Below are positions 35,422 to 45,836 of a DNA stretch of 55,529 nucleotides, in pieces; position 1 is the first letter of the stretch, and each line of letters opens with the position of its first letter. The translations under genes and the position numbers were made by a program. The stretch covers positions 1 to 55,529 of the forward strand of contig JBEIQF010000001.1 in assembly GCA_040376635.1 (NCBI GenBank), in the 5' to 3' direction. The DNA comes from Halobacteriovoraceae bacterium (GTDB taxonomy: Bacteria; Bdellovibrionota; Bacteriovoracia; Bacteriovoracales; Bacteriovoracaceae). The notes beneath the pieces are model-generated. The model was not told the DNA's origin and did not search any database. It saw only the letters and a program-made list of their open reading frames with translations.

Positions 35422-36762
35422 TTAGTAACGGTAGTATTCAGGCTTGTAAGGTCCAGAAGCAGATACACTTAAATACTCAGATTGAGCTGGCGTAAGTACA
35501 TCTAGTTCAACACCGATTTTCTTAAGGTGTAGACGAGCAACTTTCTCATCTAAATGCTTAGGCAACATATACACTTTCTTTTCATATTTTGAAGCATTTG
35601 CCCAAAGTTCAAGCTGCGCAATAACCTGGTTTGTAAATGAGGCAGACATAACGAAACTTGGGTGACCAGTAGCACAGCCAAGGTTCACAAGACGGCCCTC
35701 AGCTAGAACGATTACCTGCTTATTGTTCTTAAGCGTGTAAAGATCTACTTGAGGTTTAACTGTGTCTTTTGTGTGACCATAGTTTTTATTCAACCATGCC
35801 ATATCAATTTCGATGTCAAAGTGACCGATGTTACAAACGATCGCTTTGTCTTTCATCATTTCGAAATGCTTACCAGTGATGATGTCTTTACAACCAGTAG
35901 TTGTAACAACGATGTCCGCTTCTTTAACAGCGTCATCCATCTTCTTCACTTCGTAACCTTCCATAGCTGCCTGAAGAGCACAGATAGGATCGATTTCAGT
36001 TACGATTACACGTGCACCAGCACCTTTAAGTGAATCTGCAGAACCTTTACCAACGTCACCGAAGCCAGCAACAACAGCAACTTTACCTGCCATCATGACG
36101 TCAGTCGCGCGGCGGATAGCATCCACACATGATTCACGACAACCGTATTTGTTATCGAATTTAGATTTAGTTACAGAGTCGTTTACGTTGATACATGGAA
36201 CAGGAAGTTTTCCTTGCTTCTCAAGTTCGTATAGACGGTGAACACCTGTAGTCGTTTCTTCTGAGATACCTTTGATGCCTTTATAAAGCTCAGGGTATTT
36301 ATCAAGGATAAGCTGAGTAAGATCTCCGCCATCATCAAGAATCATGTTTAGAGGCTCTTTCTTCTCACCGAAGAAAACAGTCTGATCGATACACCACATG
36401 AATTCTTCTTCGTTCATGCCTTTCCAAGCATAAACCGGGATACCAGCAGCAGCGATTGCAGCAGCAGCGTGATCCTGAGTTGAGAAGATGTTACATGATG
36501 ACCAAGTAACGTCAGCACCAAGCTCAACAAGAGTTTCAATAAGAACAGCTGTTTGGATTGTCATGTGAAGACAACCAGCGATACGAGCGCCTTTGAGTGG
36601 CTTAGTTTTTCCGAATTCTTCACGAAGTGCCATTAGACCTGGCATTTCCGCTTCAGCTAGCTTGATTTCCTTGCGACCCCAGTCTGCAAGAGAGATGTCT
36701 TTAACTTTGTACTTTAGGCGAGTTGTGTTCCCGTAAGTACCCTCTGAAAAAGTTGCTTTCAT
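35422..36762 (-). CDS. ahcY: Adenosylhomocysteinase
   Basis: [57 protein letters not shown]-terminus. Confidence 0.97.
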   Translation of the reverse strand: MKATFSEGTYGNTTRLKYKVKDISLADWGRKEIKLAEAEMPGLMALREEFGKTKPLKGARIAGCLHMTIQTAVLIETLVELGADVTWSSCNIFSTQDHAAAAIAAAGIPVYAWKGMNEEEFMWCIDQTVFFGEKKEPLNMILDDGGDLTQLILDKYPELYKGIKGISEETTTGVHRLYELEKQGKLPVPCINVNDSVTKSKFDNKYGCRESCVDAIRRATDVMMAGKVAVVAGFGDVGKGSADSLKGAGARVIVTEIDPICALQAAMEGYEVKKMDDAVKEADIVVTTTGCKDIITGKHFEMMKDKAIVCNIGHFDIEIDMAWLNKNYGHTKDTVKPQVDLYTLKNNKQVIVLAEGRLVNLGCATGHPSFVMSASFTNQVIAQLELWANASKYEKKVYMLPKHLDEKVARLHLKKIGVELDVLTPAQSEYLSVSASGPYKPEYYRY

Positions 36763-36900
36763 TTATTAATCCTTTTCCATAACCGTGGAGGTCTGGTAAA
36801 TAAGCAAAAAATATCGTTAATTTGCCCTCAAAACTAACATTTTAAGCATAGAGTCTCAAGTGTTCGTTCCAGGCATCAAAGGTTTATCTAAGGTCTTCAT

Positions 36901-38139
36901 ATGAAAAAATACCGTTTCGAGTACTTTGCCTCGTGTCCTATGGGCGTAGAAGAGCTTTTGACACAGGAAATCCTGGGATTTGGGGCCAAGTCGGCCAAGG
37001 CAGTCAGAGGTGGGGTTCAGTTTGAGGCCTTCCACGAAATCGCTCTCAAAACCATCCTCTACTCTCGCCTGGCGAGCAGAGTCTTCAAATATTTGTTCTC
37101 ATTCGATTGTATTCACGAACAGGACTACTATCTTGAAGCGACAAATATCAAATGGAAGAGCTTGATGGATGTTAATCATACATTCCGTCTCACAACTATC
37201 TTCGGTGATCTTCCAGGTGAACGTGAAGAGTTCAGAAACTCACAGTTCGCGAACTTAAAACTTAAAGATGCTATCGTAGATTATTTCCGTCATCACGAAG
37301 GCGAGCGTCCGAGTGTTGTAAAAGATATTCCTGACATCGCTTTCCTTGCACGTATTGAACGTGGTGATGAGAAGCCTTATCAAGCAACCATTATGTATGA
37401 CTTGGTTGGTGATCCGATGAACCAGCGTGGATACCGTATTGCTGATACCCCGGCCCCATTAAAAGAAAATCTTGCTGCCGCTATTCTTACTACAGTGAAA
37501 TGGGATCCCTCTCAGGAAGGATTGATCGATGCTATGTGCGGTTCAGGGACATTTGTTATAGAAGCTGCGCTCATGGCCGCTAAAATTCCTCCAAGCTACT
37601 TACGTGTAGAAAGATATCTCAAGAATAACCAATTCAAGATGTGGACGTTCCTGAATTATCCATGGCTCACAAAAGATGAGCACCTTCAGGAAAACTTCAA
37701 AATCATGCTCAAAGATGTGATGGATGAAACTGAAAAAGGTCTCGCTTACCTTCGCTCGAAAAAAGGTTCAATCGTTGGTAGCGATATCAATCCTATGGCC
37801 CTTCAAGCAGCTAAGGAAAATCTTAAAAAAGCAAAACTCGAAGGCATTATTGAACTCTCTGGTAAAGATGCTCTCGAAACATATCCACCGACCGACAAAT
37901 CATTATTCATCGCCAACCCTCCTTATGGAGAACGCTTAGAATTTGGTGAGGAAGAAAAACTTAAGGCCCTCTATAAAGGCTTAGGGGATCACTGGAAAAA
38001 AGCTTATAAAGGCCACAGAGCTGCTTTATTCACAGGTAATCTTCAGATGCTTAAAGTCGTTGGACTTAAAACGTCGAAGAAACACATTCTTTATAATGGT
38101 GATATTGAATGTAGACTTGCTGAGTACGCACTCTACTAG
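36901..38139 (+). CDS. THUMP domain class I SAM-dependent RNA methyltransferase (RlmL-like)
   Basis: SRLASRV, RGYR...APLKENLAAA, DAMCGSGT..IEAA, GSDI, NPPYGERL, LYNG.IEC. Confidence 0.9.
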   Translation: MKKYRFEYFASCPMGVEELLTQEILGFGAKSAKAVRGGVQFEAFHEIALKTILYSRLASRVFKYLFSFDCIHEQDYYLEATNIKWKSLMDVNHTFRLTTIFGDLPGEREEFRNSQFANLKLKDAIVDYFRHHEGERPSVVKDIPDIAFLARIERGDEKPYQATIMYDLVGDPMNQRGYRIADTPAPLKENLAAAILTTVKWDPSQEGLIDAMCGSGTFVIEAALMAAKIPPSYLRVERYLKNNQFKMWTFLNYPWLTKDEHLQENFKIMLKDVMDETEKGLAYLRSKKGSIVGSDINPMALQAAKENLKKAKLEGIIELSGKDALETYPPTDKSLFIANPPYGERLEFGEEEKLKALYKGLGDHWKKAYKGHRAALFTGNLQMLKVVGLKTSKKHILYNGDIECRLAEYALY

Positions 38140-38810
38140 ATCTTATCTTTTTTCTGAATGAGAATATTATCTTCACGGACCTTGATCTGGTGATCCCAGT
38201 TATCAATTTTAGGTTTAAGGTTCGTGAGGTGAGTATTAATCGTTCCAGGCTTAACTGAATCATTCCCCCACACTCTCTGAATTAAATCCATTCTCGAAAG
38301 AGTACGTGGAAATGCACGCAATAAATGGCTTAGCATTCTAAGCTCAAGAAGAGTCAGATCCAGATTTTTTGAATCAATAGAAGCTTTCATCGACTTTACA
38401 TCAACCTGGAGATTCCCAAGTTCAAGAACTGTCGACATTTGAAGGAAGAACTTAATTTTGTTTTCGAGACGAATCGCAATTTCTTCAATTTTCAGATCAC
38501 GAGAAAGAAAATCAATGCCCCCACCCTCGTATGATTTGATCTTGTTTTCATCACTCGCATCGCCGGAAATAAAAATTACCGGACAACCGTTATAAAGTGG
38601 GTGCTGAGAAATTTTCTTATAGAGGGTATGTCCATCCATGATGGGCATGTGAACATCGAGGAGAATAGCATGAGGATGATTTTCTTCTAGGATTCGCGAA
38701 AATGCAGTAGCGTCCGAACAACCAGTCACGATGAACTTATCAGATAAAATTTCTTTGAAAGCTTCTATATTCTGAATCTGATCATCAAAATATACTAAGT
38801 TCCATTTCAT
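38136..38810 (-). CDS. OmpR-type response regulator (paralog 2)
   Basis: YFDD, LDVHMP.MDG receiver; LTLLE.RML, VWG, HLTNLK.K winged helix. Confidence 0.88.
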   Translation of the reverse strand: MKWNLVYFDDQIQNIEAFKEILSDKFIVTGCSDATAFSRILEENHPHAILLDVHMPIMDGHTLYKKISQHPLYNGCPVIFISGDASDENKIKSYEGGGIDFLSRDLKIEEIAIRLENKIKFFLQMSTVLELGNLQVDVKSMKASIDSKNLDLTLLELRMLSHLLRAFPRTLSRMDLIQRVWGNDSVKPGTINTHLTNLKPKIDNWDHQIKVREDNILIQKKDKI

Positions 38811-39484
38811 GCCGTTACTTTTTTCATTAACTGCACACCTTTCGTTTTGAGACCGTTGATCTCATAATCCCATTCTCCAAGTTTAGAGTTTAGGTTTGAA
38901 ACGTGTGTGTAGATTGTTGCATCCAATACGTGGTCTGTTCTCCAGACCTGTTGAATGAGTTGATCTTTTGTAATCACATCGGGGTAATTTCTCAAGACAA
39001 GGCACAGAATTTTAAACTCAATAAATGTGAGCGGTAATTCTTTATTGTTCAGATAAGCTTTGAGGAGCGTCAGGTTTACGCGAAGGTTTGTAAACTCGAT
39101 GATACTTCTATGCTTTTGATAAAACTGAATCTTTGATTTAATTCGCGCAATCATCTCTTCAGGATTGATATCGCGATTCAGGAAGTCTACAGCACCGAGG
39201 ACAAATGACTTGATACGAGCATTGTCTGAGTCATCAGAAGAAATGAAAAGAATCGGACATCCATTATAGTGAGGATGCTCAATGATTTTTTCATAGAGAG
39301 TAAATCCATCAATCGTTGGCATGTGAATATCAACGAGTATGGTTGTGTATGAAGATTGATCGTAAGTTGCGAGAAAGTTTTCAGGTTTGTTAAAGATCTG
39401 AACATTAAAATCCTGGCTCAGGATTGTTTGCACAGCTTCGAGGTTCAACTTGTTGTCGTCGATATAAGCAATTTCAGATTTCAC
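38807..39484 (-). CDS. OmpR-type response regulator (paralog 1)
   Basis: YIDD, VDIHMP.IDG, GAVDF; LTFIEFKIL, VW, HVSNLNSKL; ATGA overlap with paralog 2. Confidence 0.88.
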   Translation of the reverse strand: MKSEIAYIDDNKLNLEAVQTILSQDFNVQIFNKPENFLATYDQSSYTTILVDIHMPTIDGFTLYEKIIEHPHYNGCPILFISSDDSDNARIKSFVLGAVDFLNRDINPEEMIARIKSKIQFYQKHRSIIEFTNLRVNLTLLKAYLNNKELPLTFIEFKILCLVLRNYPDVITKDQLIQQVWRTDHVLDATIYTHVSNLNSKLGEWDYEINGLKTKGVQLMKKVTA

Positions 39485-39506
39485 AACATGCTCCAGCAGT
39501 AGAGAC

Positions 39507-40331
39507 TTACTTAAGTCTATCTTCTAGTTTCATCGCAAGAGTAGGGCTTGCGAATTTAAGTAGCGCAGTCTTATTCACAACTTTGTCGAAATGCTTGTCT
39601 GACTTACTAAAAAAATACCCAGCGACGTCTTGATCCTTAAGAAAGATCGTGTGTCCTTTGGTGTCAAATTTCCTGAGAATAAACTCAGAGTCTAAAAACA
39701 AGATGTCCCTAATTGTAAAATTCTTAGCTACATACATGATAATGCAATAATCTGATAATTCAGCTAAAGATTTCTTGATCTTTACGCCCTTCGGCGAAGT
39801 CGAGTCATGCCAGTGAACTTTTACTTCGACAGTACTTCCATTCTCAGTCTTGAAATCGAAACCACGTTGTGAAGAAGATTTAATCTGATGCAGCCCAAAA
39901 ATAATCTTTGAATACCACTCACCTAGCTGAATCGGAAGGTTCTTACCGTTCATCAGAACTTTGTGATCTTTCAAAATCTGGAAAGTCTGGTGCACAACTT
40001 CGACAGTGTCGAAGATGGCCTTCTGATCTGGAAGATGAAGAATACCGATATTCTTCATGACCTTACTTGAAAGTCGTTTGTTGAATTGATTAAGGTACCA
40101 TTGATCGAACTCGTTGATTTCGAGGAAATCATACGAGCTGAAAACGAAACCTTCTGACTTGAGGAGGTTGATGGAATCAACATCTGGCATTTCTTTCTGA
40201 AGGAAGCTGTAGGGAACGTATTCTCTATCGCTACTTCCTCTGACATAGATAGTATCTTTGTCATAGTCGGAACTGCCATGAGTTGTCCCAGAGAACTTCT
40301 GGGCCAACTCAAAGACTTTATCTTTTAACAC
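39507..40331 (-). CDS. Hypothetical protein with putative PD-(D/E)xK restriction-endonuclease-like domain
   Basis: LGEWY...FGL...QRGFD...G.TVEVK pattern. Confidence 0.55.
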   Translation of the reverse strand: MLKDKVFELAQKFSGTTHGSSDYDKDTIYVRGSSDREYVPYSFLQKEMPDVDSINLLKSEGFVFSSYDFLEINEFDQWYLNQFNKRLSSKVMKNIGILHLPDQKAIFDTVEVVHQTFQILKDHKVLMNGKNLPIQLGEWYSKIIFGLHQIKSSSQRGFDFKTENGSTVEVKVHWHDSTSPKGVKIKKSLAELSDYCIIMYVAKNFTIRDILFLDSEFILRKFDTKGHTIFLKDQDVAGYFFSKSDKHFDKVVNKTALLKFASPTLAMKLEDRLK

Positions 40332-40379
40332 GGTGTAACCTTTTAAACTTAAATTACACCTATCCTACCATGATATGGA

Positions 40380-42107
40380 TCAAATCTCTAGGGCTGTAAC
40401 ATCTTCCGTGAACTCAGAAATCGTTTTTGCCATAGATAAATTGTGAATCAGATAATGCGAGCAATACACTTTGAAATCTGTCACTTTCGTCTGGTAATAC
40501 TTCTTGTCTTCAGCGTTTGCTGAAGCGATTTTTGAATCCGCTAGTGTCGCAGACTCGAGAAGTCGCCATGCAATGACCATCTGAGAAGCGAAGTTGAGAA
40601 ATTCAGTACAGTTCTGAAGGATCAGATTGTATTGATTGTTCTTAGCGTAACCAGAAATCTGCTGCATCACAGCCTGAGCACTCATAAGCACTTTGCCGAA
40701 AATTTCTTTTTCACGTTTAAATTTAGCTTCATCAAGACCTTGAACGGCCGTCACGATTTCCTGAGTAAGTGCAGAGAGAGTTTTACCTCCATCTTTCAGG
40801 ATCTTTCTCATCACAAAATCGATCGCCTGAATTCCGTTTGTTCCCTCGTAAATCATCGCGATCTGAGTATCACGCACGAACTGCTCTACTCCGTACTCAG
40901 TACAATAGCCGTAACCACCGTGTGCCTGAAGTGCGAGAGAAGAAACGTTGAAGCCTTGCTCAGAACAATACGCCTTACAGATTGGAGTTAGTAGTCCAAT
41001 GATGGCTTCGTATTTGTGATCCTGGTGAGCTTTGTTGAACAAGTTAGCAGTATACAAACAAAGCGCTCTCATCCCGCGAGACATCGCTCTCATGCGAAGA
41101 AGATTTCTTGCAACGTCCGGGTGATGAATAATTTCTTTGTTAAATTGTGAACGCTCTTTCGTGTATTTTTCGGCCATCATGTAAGCGAGATTCGCCTGAG
41201 ACTCACCTTGAATACCGCAATAAAGACGTGCTTCGTTCATCATGATGAACATTGTTTCCATTCCGTGGAATTCGCCACCGATCAACCAGCCTTCTGACTG
41301 ACCATCCTGACCGAATTGAAGCTCACATGTTGCAGAAGCATGGATCCCCATCTTGTGCTCGATCTTCGAACATACAACGTTGTTCGAAGCACCCATTGAA
41401 CCGTCATCGTTTATTTTGAAACGAGGAACTACGAAAAGAGAAATACCTTTTGTACCAGCTTCTCCACCCGGAGTACGGGCAAGGCAAAGGTGGATATTGT
41501 TTTCATAAAGATCAGATTCACCTGAAGAAATGAAAATCTTAGTTCCTTTGATAGCGTATTTTCCGTTACCAAGAGGCTGAGCAGTTGAACGAAGAGCACC
41601 TACGTCTGAACCCGCACCAGGCTCAGTCAAACACATTGTTCCGCCCCAAGTTCCCGCCATCATTTTAGGAATGATGTGAGTCTTCATGAACTCATCACCT
41701 TTCAAGTTGATTACGTTTAGAGCTGCACGAGAAAGGCCCGGATACATTGTCCAGGCACAGTTTGCGCCTGTCGCAAGTGACATACATGCAACGTAAAGTG
41801 ATTCAGGAACCGGAGTACCGCCGATTTCAGCAGGCATACCGAGAGCGAACCAACCATTGTCATAAAAAGATTTTTGAACGCCGTGAAGAACTTCTGGCAC
41901 AATGACTTTTCCATTCACATGCTTCACACCAACCTGGTCAGAAGGTTCACGCGTAGGAAATACTTCATTCTCAACATACTTGTTATATTCAGCAACGATG
42001 CCTTTAACATCGTTCTCTTCAAGACCGAAGTCTTTCCAATCTTGTACTTTTAAAAGTTCAGTAAGGTTGAATTCAACGTCACGAATATCAGCTTTGTAGT
42101 AGCCCAT
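40380..42107 (-). CDS. Acyl-CoA dehydrogenase
   Basis: GTMCLTEPGAGSDVG, GTKIFISSG, EHKMGIHASATC, MNEARL, HGGYGY..EY.VEQ..RD..I..IYEGTNGIQA.D. Confidence 0.95.
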   Translation of the reverse strand: MGYYKADIRDVEFNLTELLKVQDWKDFGLEENDVKGIVAEYNKYVENEVFPTREPSDQVGVKHVNGKVIVPEVLHGVQKSFYDNGWFALGMPAEIGGTPVPESLYVACMSLATGANCAWTMYPGLSRAALNVINLKGDEFMKTHIIPKMMAGTWGGTMCLTEPGAGSDVGALRSTAQPLGNGKYAIKGTKIFISSGESDLYENNIHLCLARTPGGEAGTKGISLFVVPRFKINDDGSMGASNNVVCSKIEHKMGIHASATCELQFGQDGQSEGWLIGGEFHGMETMFIMMNEARLYCGIQGESQANLAYMMAEKYTKERSQFNKEIIHHPDVARNLLRMRAMSRGMRALCLYTANLFNKAHQDHKYEAIIGLLTPICKAYCSEQGFNVSSLALQAHGGYGYCTEYGVEQFVRDTQIAMIYEGTNGIQAIDFVMRKILKDGGKTLSALTQEIVTAVQGLDEAKFKREKEIFGKVLMSAQAVMQQISGYAKNNQYNLILQNCTEFLNFASQMVIAWRLLESATLADSKIASANAEDKKYYQTKVTDFKVYCSHYLIHNLSMAKTISEFTEDVTALEI

Positions 42108-42216
42108 AAAAATTCCTCATCCTTGGGAAATATTGATGGATATAGAATACCGTATGTCTGAATTTTTTGGAGAAATGTGAGTGAAAAAATGGAGAAGTTG
42201 AGTGAATCAGTAAATG

Positions 42217-42241
42217 AAAAGGGCACCCGGAGGTGCCCTTT
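42217..42241 (-). terminator. Intrinsic terminator after the lipoprotein gene
   Basis: AAAAGGGCACC-CGGA-GGTGCCCTTT. Confidence 0.8.
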
Positions 42242-42253
42242 AGAAGCTATGAA

Positions 42254-42850
42254 TTAAAATCCGCTCAATACTGTGTCAGTTCTTTGTGAAGAAGTTGTTA
42301 CTCGCTTGAACTCTGGGTTCAATTTAGAATTGATCCCTCTGTTAATACCATAAACAATCACTTCGCCAGTTGAGTTGTTAAGGTAAGTAAGCTGAGTTCT
42401 ATACTGATCGATGGCTCTTGCATCCAATAAAGTTCTGCCTGAAGTGCTGAAAGCTTCAGCTAATTCTGCATTACCTTTATCTTTGATGGCTTTATTTTCT
42501 GGAACGATAGCCACTGTAGATGTTGTAGGTACTTCAGAAGTTGGACTTCCGCTAAAGCTACATGACTGATATGGAATGCCTAAGAACTTTTTATTCTCAC
42601 AAGTCGGTTGTGTATTATAAATGCTTACGGTTTTCGTAACATTCACCATGCCAGCCGTTGTGGGGTATGTGCCTTCTACTGAACCGTTATACCAGCTGTT
42701 CAGAGATTGAGCAGCTTGCTGGCTGATCGCTCCGAGATTGTTATAGTTAATCCCGTTGCTGCTTCCGCCGCCTTTAGATTCTTTACCGCAACCAACTGCG
42801 AATACTAATAATGAAGCACATAAAATGCTGTTAAAAAGTGATGTTTTCAT
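42254..42850 (-). CDS. Hypothetical lipoprotein
   Basis: Lipobox AVGC followed by Gly/Ser linker; GGGGG SD. Confidence 0.78.
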   Translation of the reverse strand: MKTSLFNSILCASLLVFAVGCGKESKGGGSSNGINYNNLGAISQQAAQSLNSWYNGSVEGTYPTTAGMVNVTKTVSIYNTQPTCENKKFLGIPYQSCSFSGSPTSEVPTTSTVAIVPENKAIKDKGNAELAEAFSTSGRTLLDARAIDQYRTQLTYLNNSTGEVIVYGINRGINSKLNPEFKRVTTSSQRTDTVLSGF

Positions 42851-42895
42851 AAGTTCCCCCCTGAAGAGAATTTTCTAATTGTTTGACTCTCTACA

Positions 42896-42912
42896 TCCAA
42901 GATCCGTGCCAA
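42896..42912 (-). promoter_or_regulatory. Putative sigma54 (-24/-12) promoter
   Basis: TTGGCACG-GATC-TTGGA versus TGGCACG-N4-TTGC; about 45 bp upstream of the lipoprotein ATG. Confidence 0.55.
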
Positions 42913-42951
42913 CACTCCTAGCCTTTTTTTGATTAGTTACGAGGAGAAAAG

Positions 42952-42968
42952 TGTCTACTTTTTAGACA
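42952..42968. promoter_or_regulatory. Palindromic operator / enhancer candidate
   Basis: TGTCTA-N5-TAGACA perfect inverted repeat upstream of the sigma54-like motif, in a divergent intergenic region. Confidence 0.45.
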
Positions 42969-43011
42969 GTGTGAAAAACCTAACATAGAATGACGTTATC
43001 TGGAGACAAGC

Positions 43012-43593
43012 ATGGCCTATACATTAATCGGTTCAAAAACCTCCCCTTTCGTCCGTCGCATTCGTATGTTGATGGAAAACATTCCTTATGAATTTAAGGA
43101 GCTCAATATTTTTGAGACAGATGATTCCATCACATTAAATAAAGTGAATCCTGTGAATCAGGTTCCGGTACTTCTCGATGGAGAAGAGCCTATCTGGGAT
43201 TCAAGACAGATCTTCAATTACATCAATATGAGGTACAAGCTTCATAACATGGAATGGAAGGATGAAAATACTTTGACTGCGATTGAAGGTGCGATGAATT
43301 CAGCCGTGTCTTTGTTGTTGATGAAAAGATCAAACATGAACGTAGATGAGCCTTACATGTTTGTGAATCGTCAGAAGGAAAGAATTGAATCAGTACTCGA
43401 TTATTTGAAACCATACATTGAGAATCAAGGTTTGAAAGAATGGACTTTCATAACGATGACTATCTATTGTTTCCTGGATTGGGCAAAATTCAGAAACCTC
43501 GCAAGCTTCGATCATCGTCCTGAGTGTCAGAAATTTCTCGTCCATCATTCAGATAAAAACATTGTTAAGCTTACAGAAATTCCAAAGGTATAA
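43012..43593 (+). CDS. Glutathione S-transferase family protein
   Basis: [24 protein letters not shown]. Confidence 0.88.
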   Translation: MAYTLIGSKTSPFVRRIRMLMENIPYEFKELNIFETDDSITLNKVNPVNQVPVLLDGEEPIWDSRQIFNYINMRYKLHNMEWKDENTLTAIEGAMNSAVSLLLMKRSNMNVDEPYMFVNRQKERIESVLDYLKPYIENQGLKEWTFITMTIYCFLDWAKFRNLASFDHRPECQKFLVHHSDKNIVKLTEIPKV

Positions 43594-43595
43594 AG

Positions 43596-44261
43596 ATGAA
43601 CTTCAATAAATACATAGATCACACTGCACTTAAGGCCGATACAGATTTAAAACAAATTGAAAAACTTTGTGCTGAAGCTAAGGAATATGATTTCTTCTCA
43701 GTTTGTGTGAATTCATATTACGTAAAAAAGGCTGCTGCTCTTCTTGCAGGAAGTTCAGTGAAAGTTTGTACGGTCGTGGGATTCCCGCTTGGTGCTTCAA
43801 CGATGGAGACAAAACGTTTCGAAGCGATGAAGGCATGTGCTGAAGGTGCAAAAGAAATTGATATGGTCATTAACGTGTCAGCGATCAAGTCTCAGGACTG
43901 GCAGTATGTTCTGGATGATATGTCTTCACTAGCTCAAGTGACTCATCAGCAAGGTGGTTTACTTAAAGTGATTCTTGAAACAGCTCTACTTACTGATGAA
44001 GAGAAACGCAAAGCTTGTGAGCTAGCAGTTAAGGCCAACGTTGATTTCGTAAAAACGTCGACAGGATTCTCAACATCGGGCGCGACAGTTGAAGATGTTA
44101 AGCTCATGCGTTCAATTGTTGGTACGTTGGGAGTTAAAGCTAGCGGAGGAATTCGTGATGCTGAGACAGCTCGTAAGATGATTGAGGCAGGTGCTACCCG
44201 CCTCGGAACAAGCGCAAGTGTTGAGATCGTTAAAGGGTTAAAAGGAGCGGGAAGCTATTAA
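43596..44261 (+). CDS. deoC: Deoxyribose-phosphate aldolase
   Basis: [49 protein letters not shown]. Confidence 0.96.
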   Translation: MNFNKYIDHTALKADTDLKQIEKLCAEAKEYDFFSVCVNSYYVKKAAALLAGSSVKVCTVVGFPLGASTMETKRFEAMKACAEGAKEIDMVINVSAIKSQDWQYVLDDMSSLAQVTHQQGGLLKVILETALLTDEEKRKACELAVKANVDFVKTSTGFSTSGATVEDVKLMRSIVGTLGVKASGGIRDAETARKMIEAGATRLGTSASVEIVKGLKGAGSY

Positions 44262-45481
44262 GCTTCCCCTACCAGTTTAATCATTCTTAGTTTTCCGATT
44301 TTCAAAATCAATTCCTGGCCAGCGCCAAGATTCAACGTATCCGTCGTGTGACTTTCAGAATTTACTTTCACAGCATTCTGCTGAATAAGTCGGCGTCCAT
44401 CAGATTTCGATTTGATGAGTTGTAATTCCAGGAACAAATCGAGAAGAGCAACAGGTCCTGCAGGACGAGTGATCGTCTGGATATCATCAGGGATTTCTTT
44501 CTTTTTGAAACGAGCTTCAAACTTATCGCGTTCTTCTTTACCTGCTGCTTCACCATGATAGTAACCAGTAATTTCTGCAGCGAGAGATTTCTTAGCTTCC
44601 ATGGGATGTAAAGAGCCGTCTGTTAAGCCTTTGATAAGCGCTTCGACTTCAGAAGCAGGCCTTCTGCTTAAGAGAAGATAGTACTTCTTCATCAGTTCAT
44701 CTGAGATCGACATGAGTTTACCGAACATATTTGTCGGAGTGTCTGTAAGTCCGATGTAGTTATCAAGAGACTTTGACATTTTATTAATGCCGTCAGTTCC
44801 TTCAAGAAGAGGCATTGTCAAAATACACTGCGGTTCTTGTTCATATGAATGCTGAAGATGGCGTCCCATCATTAGATTAAATGTCTGATCTGTTCCACCA
44901 AGTTCAATATCGGCCTTTAAATGAACAGAGTCATAACCTTGAAGGATTGGATAAACTGCTTCATGCATATAGATAGCTTCGCCATTATTATAGCGTTTTG
45001 AAAAGTCGTCTCGCTGAAGGATCGCACCAACAGTCGCTCTTCCCATCAATTTGATAAGATCTAAGCCTGAAAGTTTGCCAAGCCAATCACGGTTAAAGAC
45101 AATATGAGTTTTGTTCATATCTAGAACTTTGCCGATCTGATCGCTGTAGGATTTAGCGTTTTCTTTAACTTCTTCTTCTGTAAGGATCGGGCGAGTTTTA
45201 TTCTTTCCAGTCGGATCACCAATTTGAGCAGTATAATCGCCGATCAAAAAATAAATTTCATGACCAAAATCTTGAAGGAGTTTCATTTTTTGAAGAACGA
45301 CTGTGTGTCCAAGGTGAATATCTGGACGCGAAGGATCGGCTCCAAGTTTTACAACCAGAGGCTTCTGCTTCTCATAAGACTTTTTAAGTTTCTTGAGAAA
45401 TTCTTCTTCTGGAATGATTTCAAAACATCCACGTTTAAGTTCTTTGAGCTGCTCTTCAGGCGTGACAGTAATACGGGCCAT
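44258..45481 (-). CDS. tyrS: Tyrosine--tRNA ligase
   Basis: [39 protein letters not shown]-terminal S4 domain. Confidence 0.96.
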   Translation of the reverse strand: MARITVTPEEQLKELKRGCFEIIPEEEFLKKLKKSYEKQKPLVVKLGADPSRPDIHLGHTVVLQKMKLLQDFGHEIYFLIGDYTAQIGDPTGKNKTRPILTEEEVKENAKSYSDQIGKVLDMNKTHIVFNRDWLGKLSGLDLIKLMGRATVGAILQRDDFSKRYNNGEAIYMHEAVYPILQGYDSVHLKADIELGGTDQTFNLMMGRHLQHSYEQEPQCILTMPLLEGTDGINKMSKSLDNYIGLTDTPTNMFGKLMSISDELMKKYYLLLSRRPASEVEALIKGLTDGSLHPMEAKKSLAAEITGYYHGEAAGKEERDKFEARFKKKEIPDDIQTITRPAGPVALLDLFLELQLIKSKSDGRRLIQQNAVKVNSESHTTDTLNLGAGQELILKIGKLRMIKLVGEA

Positions 45482-45536
45482 AGGATCTCCTTTAACCCGT
45501 TTAGTTTAATGTAGGGGGGCAATTTAGTGAATTAAT

Positions 45537-45830
45537 TTAACGACATTGAACCGGAAATCTCTTCGATTGAATGAAAATATAATTGTCCGGGGACGCCTTT
45601 CCGACTTTGGCAAAGAGGGTCATCTCCCCTACCGTCTTAAATCTGGCAACAAGATCAACTTCCTCGGAATTAGCAATCCCGTCCGCAATCACCGTCTCCC
45701 CTTTCAAAGTGACCTTCAAATCTGCGTCCGCAACGATCGAAATCTTGTGTTCAGGTGATACACATTCAATCCTTACACCAGCAAAGGCATTTAAAGTCAT
45801 GAGGGATAAAACGATTGTTAGAAGTTTCAT
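45537..45830 (-). CDS. Small hypothetical secreted protein
   Basis: Signal peptide ending AFA; one Cys near each end of the mature protein; 6 bp after the upstream gene. Confidence 0.7.
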   Translation of the reverse strand: MKLLTIVLSLMTLNAFAGVRIECVSPEHKISIVADADLKVTLKGETVIADGIANSEEVDLVARFKTVGEMTLFAKVGKASPDNYIFIQSKRFPVQCR

Positions 45831-45836
45831 ATAATC

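Noticed and set aside
36763-36900. SAH riboswitch upstream of ahcY
   Set aside because: Short AT-rich divergent intergenic region without the conserved GAGGxGCGxTGC / AGGCTC elements
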